NCBI RefSeq assembly: GCF_036971445.1
Contig: NC_091480.1
Location: 61,630,001 to 61,694,000 of the forward strand
DNA length: 64,000 nt
Direction: 5' to 3'
Source of the DNA: Narcine bancroftii
Taxonomy: Eukaryota
Program-made: the position numbers and the translations under genes
In this document: in pieces, positions 13,295 to 22,649 of the stretch
How the letters are laid out: each line of letters opens with the position of its first letter
Numbering within the stretch: the first letter of the stretch is position 1
Notes under the pieces: generated by a model
Databases searched by the model: none
Told to the model about the DNA's origin: nothing
What the model saw: only the letters and a program-made list of their open reading frames with translations

Positions 13295-13312
13295 TGGTGA
13301 CCCCGACGTGAT
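13295..13312 (+). promoter_or_regulatory. Primer-binding site, tRNA-Trp
   Basis: TGGTGACCCCGACGTGAT is an 18/18 complement of the vertebrate tRNA-Trp 3' end (same PBS as avian sarcoma-leukosis viruses). Confidence 0.93.
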
Positions 13313-13506
13313 GAAGATGGAGAAGTGACGGAAGAAAAAGATACGAAACACCGGTCGATTGTGGTGTGGTGATAACAACAAGTGACCATCCTACAAAGGG
13401 AGGTAAGCAGACACCTGTTTTAACGAAGTTCTGCTATTGGCAAAGATAAATTGTGTGTTGTCACTACTCTGCAAAAGCCCTCGTTAAAGCCAAAGAATAA
13501 AACAAA

Positions 13507-13730
13507 AGGGGGTTGGAGTCCCACTAGTAGAACGAGGTTGGAGTCCCCTGTAGTAGAAGGGGGTTGGAGTCCTCCTAGTAGAACGGGGTTGGAGTCCCCT
13601 GTAGTAAAAAGGGGGTTGGAGTCCTCCTAGTAGAACGGGGTTGGAGTCCCCTGTAGTAAAAAGGGGGTTGGAGTCCTCCTAGTAGAAAGGGGGTTGGAGT
13701 CCTCCTAGTAGAACGGGGTTGGAGTCCCCT
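13507..13730 (+). repeat. Leader tandem repeat, 9 units of 25-27 bp (ggggttggagtcc...tagta)
   Basis: The ttggagtc core recurs at 13513, 13538, 13564, 13589, 13616, 13641, 13668, 13694 and 13719. Confidence 0.93.
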
Positions 13731-14104
13731 CGTAGCGATCTCGAGAGATAGGTTTAGACACTTGGCCAATTAGAATAAGGTGTATGGTGATGGTTATTTG
13801 CTTCTATAGTGTGTAATAAGTATTTGATTAAGGATCGTATACCATAGTAGTGTATAATCAGTATCTGTATAAGGTGTATTGTTTTATAGTTATTTGCTTC
13901 TATAGTGGATAAGAATCTGTTTAGGAATCGTCTAGTGTATCATAATAGTTTATAATAAGTATTTGTTTAAGGATCGTGTGTAGTGTGCCGCTGGTGTTTA
14001 TAATAACGTGGGAAGGGACGAAGTAAATTGCAGGGTGTCAAAATCCTACCCGGGGAGAGACCCAGTGAAGTACGAAGTCTAAAGGGTTAAAGATCAGAAC
14101 GGAG

Positions 14105-15650
14105 ATGGAAGGAGTAAATAGGGATGTAGGGCAAGAGCTCGGGGGAGACAGAGGGGTTCCCCCATCTGTAAACCGACAGTGGGAAAAAACAAGGAATCAA
14201 TTACTGGGAGGATTACCGAAGGGAGAAGAGGTACAGGCTATGGCATGGTACGAACAGATATGGAGAGAGCTGCAGAGTCAGGGGAAGGTACCACGAGGGG
14301 TTGAAAAAATCCGGCTGGTACTGTACTTAGGAGAAGCAGAGAGGGAAGCAGCCAAGGAGGTACAGGAACATGAGGCAAAAGGACAAGGATCTATATGGAA
14401 TAGAAGAAGGTTTAAACAACAGAGAGAAGTGAAGGAACAGAGAAGGGCAGATTTACACATTATGACATTGGCTTGCATGGCTGTGGAAGCGAACCTTCAA
14501 CATGATATTAAAAAGGGATCCCATAACACTAAGGAGAATACGGGGGAGGTGAAGCCGTCAGCCCCGTTATATCCAGAGTTACCGGAGACATTGCCACCAC
14601 CTCATCCTATTCCCCAAATGCCAGCGATGCAGATAAATGAGGGAATAGTGAATGTCACTGAATTAGCAAGTCACGAACTCCAGGAAGCGAAGGAGAGACT
14701 TAAGAGAGTTATGCAGGAAAGGGTGGAGGAAATGAAGGAGTTAACAAAGGAAATACAGAATGATGTATGTAAAGTAAGGGAAACTAGTATGCGACTGGAA
14801 AAAACAAATGAGAGAGAGCAAGAACAGACACTTGAGAATGCCTTCTCGGTAGGAATGTCAGAGGATCACACCACCCCCACTCCTCACAATAGACAAAAGG
14901 AGTCAGAGGATGAGGAGATCTCGACCTTTTTGAGTCAGTGTAAGGAGAGTTGGACGGATAAAGCAGGAGTACACCCAGCCACAGAACCCTTGCAGACTAC
15001 ACTATTTAAATCTGCAGTAACGAGCGGACTGCCAGCTGTAGTTAGGGAAGCGTTAGAGAATAACCCTGATATTCCTGGCTGCTCGAGTGAGCAATGGGAA
15101 AAACATTTGACCCATCACATGAAACGTTACAGGGCTAAGCAAAAGGAGGACAAACAAACTACGGAGTCGGCACAAGTGCAACTCCTTAAGCTTCAATTGG
15201 AAGAGGCTAGGAAAAAGGCAAATGAGAAAAAAAAAGATTTCCTCAAAGGGTGCGAACCAGATGATTCAGCAGACACCGCAGCCACCACAAGGGAATAATA
15301 TGAGTTGGCACCCGGCCCCATTTTGGGCACCGGGTCCCACCTATGTGGGCAGAACGGGAGGTCCAATGGGGGGATTCCGAGTAAGAGGGAGAGGTCGGGG
15401 TGCTCCACGAATGCAGCCAGCTGTATGTTTTGTATGCGGTCAGCCAGGACACTGGAAGAGAGACTGCCCCCTAGTTTGGGGTCCTCAGGACACTGGGGGA
15501 AGGGGATATGGACCACAACAAAATGAGCATTGGGTCCAGCCCCAGAGATCGTCAGTGCCACCCCCGGTACATCAGGCACCCTATGCGGCTCTAGCTCCGA
15601 AGAGACAATTCCCTTTGCTGACAGAGGAGGAGCAATATTGCCCACAGTGA
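14105..15650 (+). CDS. gag: ERV-B Gag (one frameshift in the A-run at about 15227-15235)
   Basis: PSAP late motif, coiled coil, CA-C-like SGLPAVVREALENNPD, CFVCGQPGHWKRDC zinc knuckle. Confidence 0.85.
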
Positions 15651-18600
15651 CGGAGCCCGAGCATCCATGAGCAGGCTAGGTTGGCAGACCCTTTCCTGCA
15701 GATTAAAGTAATGGACATGGAAGTATCCTTTTTAGTGGATACGGGAGCCAGATTTTCAACACTCACTGGCGCTGAGTTTCAAGATAAAACATCATCCTCT
15801 TGCGTCCAGCTAATAGGGTTCTTGGGTACACCAGAAAATCTGCCGTTTTCTACATCACTAGTCACCTCTGTGGCGGGACAGACTTTTACACATTAATACA
15901 TTTTGTCAGCCAGGTGCCCTACCAATCTCTTGGGCAGAGACCTGTTGGTCAAGTGCAGAGCATCGATCCTTTGTGGACCCAGCGGAATAGAGGTCACCTT
16001 TCCAAATGGATATTCTATGAACTGTTCATTAACTACACTGCATTCCAGTTCTCAGATGTTGTTGGCGGCAGCTGGAGGATCCGCATCTGAGGGACAATGG
16101 GCTGACATTTACTGGGGGCTGCTGCAACCAGAGGACCCACAGAAGGGAGGGCTGCTAAAGCTTTATAATCAATGGAAGCCGTGGATCCAGACGTTACACC
16201 CGTATACCCCTCCCTCGGACCCCCCCCCATATGACCCTCTTTTACGATAGGGATGGGGATGAAATGTATCAGCATGCCTTTTATGAAGAGGTAGAGGGCA
16301 TGCAATGGGAAATTAATTCGGACTACATAGTGGTAGGAAAGGAGGGAGTGGCCGCTACGGTGGCACTGACATCTGAACAGCTGGAATGGTATGAGATGGC
16401 AGGTGAGGCCATTCCTCATGTCACCCTTGCAATTGGCACTACTCACCAGGCAAAAGATTTGGGACCGATGTGTCGGAACTTGATGTCCCTTAGTGACTGG
16501 TCTGACACGCAAATACCGACAGTGCAGTTCTCCTCATCTGGTCAGGCATACAGAATTTTGTCTCCGACATATGATCAAGTCCTCCTTGAGCATAGACAGA
16601 TTGAATGCTTTCATGGTAGAGAGAAGATGGATCACCCCGACTCGGCCCCTATGCTAGATTCTCTCCCTGAGAACCTGTGGTCAGTGGGATCAGCAGATGT
16701 GGGTTTTTGTCAGCAGGTTGATCCCATAACCTTCGAACTGTCAGATTACACCCCTATTTGGCAGATGCAGTATCCCCACAAACCTGAAGCGGAGGAAGGT
16801 TTGGCAGATACCATTGATGGCCTTATGTATTCAGGGGTGTTGGAACATTCATGTTCTAGTTGGAATACACCCATATTACCTGTTCCTAAACAAGACACGG
16901 GCAAATATCGGATGGCCCATGACTTAAGGCGCATCAATGGTATTGTGAGAACACCCACAGTTCCAGTACCAAACCCATATACTGCCATGACTGCTTTAAC
17001 CCCCAACCACAAGTGGTTCTCTTGCATAGATTTAGCGAATGCTTTCTTTTGCTTGCTGCTGGCAGAACCATTAAGAGATGTGTTTTCGTTCACGTATAGA
17101 GGTAGAAAGTTGCGGTATACTAGGCTTCCACAGGGCTTTATCTTATCTCCAGGGATTTTCAATCAGGTGTTGAAAGAACAGCTTGGGGGGCTAGCACTGC
17201 CAGGTGGGGTAGTTCTGATCCAGTATGTAGATGACATCCTATTAGCAGCACCTGATCATACTTCCTGTTTGGAGGCCACCTGTCTCCTGCTAGTGCAGCT
17301 GTTCATGGCAGGCTTTAAAGTCTCTCGCTCAAAGCTGCAATGCTGCAGACAGGTGGTCACCTTTTTAGGGAGAATGGTCTCAGCGAAAGGCACAGGGATT
17401 TCCCCTGCACATCGAGCAGCGATACTACATCATCCAAAACCAAAGACAGTTAAGGAAATGCTTTCGTTTTTGGGTTTGTCAGGTTATAGTAGGCAGTTTA
17501 TCCCATCGTATGGTGAGTTGACACATCCACTGCGAACTTTGGTGAATGAGCAGGGGATGAGGAATCTGGGAGCTACACTTGATTGGACTGCACAGGCTGA
17601 GATGAGTTTTATTCTATTGAAGCAAGCTCTTACAACAGCTATAGATTTGGTGATTCCAAATTATAAACTACCTTTCTTTTTGGATGTTTCTGAAAAAGCA
17701 CACACAATTGATGGTGTTCTTTTTCAGAAAAAAGGGGGTGGAAGATGTGTGCTCATGTATGTGAGTATCACACTAGACCCGACGGAAGACAGACACCCAC
17801 CATGTACGAGACATACAGCGGGAGTAGCAAAGATTTTACAAAAGGTGGCACACATAGTAATGGGACATGGCCTGACAGTATTAACAACACATAGTATTGT
17901 AGCCTTTGTGAGCTCGACAGCATTTACAATGACTTCGCTAAGGCAGACGAGACTAAAAAAGATCCTGAATGCTCCAAATGTAACGTTTACCCATGAAGGC
18001 ATTAACATGGCAGACAATATGGGAGAGGGAGAACCACACTGTTGTGAAAAGAGGGTAGTGAAGGATATTAAAATAAGACCTGACTTACAGGCTACACCCT
18101 TAAGAGAACCAGATGAAACCTTGTTTACAGATGGGTGTTGTTACAGACACCCCACAGATGGATTGAAAGCCGCCTATGTGGTGGTACGAAAAACTACAGG
18201 AGGATTTGAAGAAATCATTACAGGGACAGTGAGAGGAAAGGAGTCAGCACAACTCGCAGAACTACAGGGAATGATAGCAGCATTAGAATGGGCAGAAGGG
18301 AAGGAGGTCAATATATATACAGACTCGGCATATGTGGTAGGGACAATACAGGTTGAACTTAGTCAATGGATTAGAAGTGGGTTTTTAACAGCAGCAATGA
18401 CCCCAATTAAACACGAGAAGGACGTTAGGAAACTGGCTGAGGCCCTCCTGAAACCAAGGGCATTAGCAGTTCTTAAATGTAAAGGACATGATAGAACAGA
18501 TACGATGGTGGCTCGGGGAAATCAGGAAGCGGACATGGCCGCTAAAAGGGCAGCAGGATACGGCCCTCAGTTTATTATGATACAGGCAGACAGAACAGCA

Positions 18601-19806
18601 CATGACTTATTACCACCATGTAGGGTAGAAGTAATAGTACAGGAACAAGCAAAGGCATCACCTCAGGAAAGGATGGTATGGGAGGAAAGGGGGGCAACCG
18701 AGTATCAAGGATTATGGAGATCGATAGACGGGAGGCCAGTCTTACCATCTGGACTCATGAAACCCCTCCTCGAGGAGGCGCATGGGCTAACACACTGTGG
18801 AAAGAAGCAGATGATAAGGTATTTGATACATTGGTGGCACCCCTTCCTGCTGGCGATGGTGGAGAACCATATTAGAGAGTGTGAGTTATGTATAACTTTC
18901 AATGTCAAGGCGACTGTAAAGCCACATGAAGGTCAGTTCCCGCTACCTAAGTTACCAGGGCAGGAAATCGTACTTGATTATACGGACATGATTGAGAGGG
19001 TAAGTGGCTATCGATACTTCTTAGTAGCAGTAGATGTGTTCACAGGGTGGCCGGAGGCAATCCCTGCCAAAAGGGAAGATGTAAGGACGGTATGTAAATT
19101 CCTGATCAACCAGTATATTCCGAGACACGGATTTCCCAGAAAAATTAGGTCCGATAATGGAAGTCATTTTAAGAATAACGATCTACAGGAGGTAGAAGCA
19201 ATGTTGGGATTGAAACATGCCTTTGGAAGGGTGTACCATCCACAATCCCAAGGGAAAGTGGAGAGGATGAACCAAACAATAAAAGGTAAGATTGGGAATG
19301 TTCAGGCACGGACCAAATTAAATTGGGTGGATGCGTTGCCCCTGGCATTAATGTCAATAAGGAGTTCAGTAAGTTCTGTGACAGGATTTACTCCATATGA
19401 ACTACAAACAGGGCACCAGTTTCCAGGACCAGGAGCCGGAATTCAGACTACGAAGAATGAGGTAAGTTCAATGGGATGCAAACTTTATTATGATAAACTA
19501 ACGGCTCTGGTGTCAGATTTTTCACAACAGGTCACAAGTCCCAACAGAAAAGAGGAAACACCGATACCTTCAGTCGCGGAGTGGGTTCTGCTAAAGGTCA
19601 TCAAAAGAAAGTGGTCGGAGCCCAGGTGGACAGGACCCTACAGAGCCGTGGAGAGAACGTCCCACGCGGTTCGACTACAGGGAAAAAGCGAGACGTGGTA
19701 TCATTGGAGTCTGAACAGCAACGGACCCACCGACACGGACACTGGAACAGATTCGAACGGAGATGACTGGGACTCTGTGAAGAAACCACGGACTAAGAAC
19801 ACTTAA
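15651..19806 (+). CDS. pol: ERV-B Pro-Pol: PR, 2H domain, RT, tether, RNase H, IN (TAA at 15894; extra C at about 16225)
   Basis: LVDTGA, LLGRDL, two HxT motifs, LPQGF, YVDD, FTDG/AQLAE/YTDS, HHCC, D-D(35)E (DYTD, SDNG, KVER), WTGPY; 1191 uninterrupted codons. Confidence 0.93.
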
Positions 19807-19889
19807 CTTCCCTTTTTAAAGAGACTATTGGACTACAGTGACTGTGTATCAGTGGTTGATGGTATAATCCATTTATTGGCATCAAAACA

Positions 19890-20177
19890 ATGAAGGGAGC
19901 TGTGATGGACACTATGTGGGGACTATGGGTGATGTTGTTCCTAGCCCTTGAACCATCTGGAGAAGGAAACAACTGTACAAAGGGTTTGGGGTCAACCTGG
20001 GAGGCCCATAACGAACCGAAACAGTACTTTGCGGATTGGACTGATGTTCCTGAACACTGTGTTGGGGCCCCCACTGGACTGAAGTGTGTTCATAATGGCC
20101 AAGTTTGTGAGGTTAAGTTTAACAAGTGGTCGGAGATGCCGGTCCTTGCAAAAACTCCTGAGGTCGTGGTCCCATAA
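19890..20177 (+). CDS. 95-aa ORF at the env position with a signal-peptide-like N-terminus and 4 Cys
   Basis: Hydrophobic MWGLWVMLFLAL followed by small residues (PSGEG); ends about 35 nt before the PPT. Confidence 0.5.
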   Translation: MKGAVMDTMWGLWVMLFLALEPSGEGNNCTKGLGSTWEAHNEPKQYFADWTDVPEHCVGAPTGLKCVHNGQVCEVKFNKWSEMPVLAKTPEVVVP

Positions 20178-20211
20178 GTTAACTGGTGGTTGGTCTCATT
20201 TTCATGAGACC

Positions 20212-20222
20212 AAAAGGGGGAC
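20212..20222 (+). promoter_or_regulatory. Polypurine tract of ERV-B
   Basis: aaaagggggac immediately before the 3' LTR TG. Confidence 0.85.
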
Positions 20223-21034
20223 TGTTGGAATCTAGAGGTTAAAACATTATGAAAGAAATGATTAATTAATAATTTTATATTTACTGCATGGTTCAGGGAA
20301 AAAGAGGGATGTGATTAAGTGGCAATCACAGCATGGAGCAAAGTTGGCTGAGCAAAATTGTCTGCTCTCAAATACAGGGAGAGGAAATGCATAAAACGAT
20401 TTAGAGGAATGCTCAAACTGAAGGAGGTGGTGAGTAGCACAGGAGACACAGGCCTGACCAGAACAAAGAATGACCTGCAAGAAACAAAGGGAATGGAAAA
20501 CCAGTCTAGGAGGAAGATTAAGGCAGGAGGAGGTGTTAAAGAGTACAGCAGAAACTGGCCAGACAGGAACAGAATGCTGATTAGAAATATCTGGGGATGA
20601 ATTAATTTCTGATCAAAACAACAGGATAGTCTGGCCTGGAGGATTAAGATGGGAACGCTACACCCCAGATATCTGCAAAACAGGAGATGACTTGTGATAA
20701 CCCTTATGCAAAAAGATCTAGCAAAGGAAGACAACTTTTGTTCTGTATGATAATGAAATCTAGCAAAGGAAGCCAACTTTTGTTCTGTATGATAAGGTTG
20801 ACCTATATAAACTGAGCCAACTGGACAATAGGGGTCAGTCTTGGGGAATAGCTCACTGTGCAGGTGACCTATGAACTAACGACTGACCCAGAGCTCTGTT
20901 AAGTTTTATTCTTGTGCTGTGAAAAAATTGACTGTTGAACCGAATACCTTCTCCTATCACTTCATTCAAAGAACACGCTGGACTCAGACCACACATAGAC
21001 TAAATTAAGAGTAAGGTAAAGCCAGAGTCCGACA
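20223..21034 (+). repeat. 3' LTR of ERV-B
   Basis: TG..CA ends; about 42-bp internal duplication relative to the 5' LTR. Confidence 0.93.
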
Positions 21035-21399
21035 AAATGTGCCCCTGACTAGTCCGGAGGTGCGTAATTTTAAGAGAGAATGCCCAATAAACAGAAAGGA
21101 AAGGCTAAGATTTTGATGCAGGCAGTCAAGGAAGTCGTGGAGGGACAGCAAGGAAAGAGTAGGGGCTGTGTGCCAGCTCCTGGACATTGGGAGGAGCTCC
21201 AGGAGTGGGAGAGGAGAGACCAGAGCAGGGGCAAGGGTAGAGGGGAATTCCGGGGACGACGACTGTTCCCGGGACCTCGTGGTAATCCCGGTAGGAATTG
21301 GGAAACAGGAGCATTAGTTTGCTACCATTGTAGAAGGAGGGACATTTTAAGAGAGAATGCCCAATGCAAGCCAGGGAGACGCGACCTTACGCACTGATG

Positions 21400-22635
21400 T
21401 GTTGGAATATAGGGGTTAATTAATCATAGAAAATATGTAGAATATATGCTTATGTACTATTCAGTTTGTATACATGAATTCAGTACTATGTCTTCTTTCT
21501 TTGGCTTGGCTTCGCGGACGAAGATTTATGGAGGGGGTAAAAAGTCCACGTCAGCTGCAGGCTCGTTTGTGGCTGACAAGTCCGATGCGGGACAGGCAGA
21601 CACGATTGCAGCGGTTGCAAGGGAAAATTGGTTGGTTGGGGTTGGGTGTTGGGTTTTTCCTCCTTTGCCTTTTGTCAGTGAGGTGGGCTCTGCGGTCTTC
21701 TTCAAAGGAGGTTGCTGCCCGCCAAACTGTGAGGCGCCAAGATGCACGGTTTGAGGCGTTATCAGCCCACTGGCGGTGGTCAATGTGGCAGGCACCAAGA
21801 GATTTCTTTAGGCAGTCCTTGTACCTTTTCTTTGGTGCACCTCTGTCACGGTGGCCAGTGGAGAGCTCGCCATATAACACGATCTTGGGAAGGCGATGGT
21901 CCTCCATTCTGGAGACGTGACCCATCCAGCGCATGTACCAATTTAATATTTACCTCATGGTGAAGGGAAAGAGTAATGTAAGTAAGGGGCAGCCACAGTA
22001 TGTAGCAAAGTTGGCTGATTACAGTAGGTTTAGAATTGCCTGCTCCCAAAATACAAAAGAGAGGATATGTATGAAACAATTTAGTAGGAAGTTAAGGCAA
22101 AAGGAGGTGTTGATTAGCACAAACAAAAAGAATCCTGACAGAGACTGTCAGAAACAAAGAGAATGGAATCAGTAAGATAGACAGAAGGAGGTGTTGAGTA
22201 GAACAGAAGAATATGGCCAGATGAGAACAAATATTCATAATTAGAAATATCTGGTGTATGAATTGATTTCTGATCAAAACAACAGGATATTCTGACCTTG
22301 AGGATTAAAAAAAGATGGGAGCTCTCCACCCCAGATAACTGCAGAGCAGGAAATTACTTGTGATAAATCTTATGCAAGAAATCTAGCAAAGAAAGCCAAC
22401 TTTCGTTCTGTATGATAAGCTATATAAACTGTAGAGACTGGACACTAGAGGTCAGTCTTGGGGAATAGCTCACTGTGCAGGTGACCTATGAACTAACGAC
22501 TGAACCAGTGCTCTGTTAAGCTTTATTCTTATGCTGTGTAATAAACTGATTCTCCTATCACTTCATGTAACAAACACGCTGGACTCAGACGACACATAGA
22601 CTAAATTAAGGGTAGGGTAAAGCCAGAGTCCGACA
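21400..22635 (+). mobile_element. Solo LTR B2 at the gag-pro junction of A2
   Basis: TSD gatg; same site as 6533-7327 in A1. Confidence 0.92.
21491..21933 (-). mobile_element. 5'-truncated RTE-clade LINE
   Basis: Matches the 3' end of 29285-32993; C-terminal CNRCNRVCLSRIGLVSH; absent from the A1 copy of this LTR. Confidence 0.93.
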
Positions 22636-22649
22636 GATGGAAGCAGATT

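Larger units (their letters stand above)
12521..21034 (+). mobile_element. Young retrovirus-like element ERV-B (tRNA-Trp primed, no recognisable env)
   Basis: Near-identical LTRs at 12521-13291 and 20223-21034; TSD aaat; PBS, gag, pro-pol and PPT. Confidence 0.95.

Noticed and set aside
13507..13730. CRISPR-like appearance of short repeats (also 1129-1264, 27201-27491, 56320-57020)
   Set aside because: Head-to-tail tandem units with no unique spacers and no cas genes, in a eukaryotic context.
16220..16229. Programmed ribosomal frameshift at the C-run (and at the A-run near 15230)
   Set aside because: One falls at a catalytic motif and the other in the middle of Gag; homopolymer indels from mutation or sequencing error explain them better.
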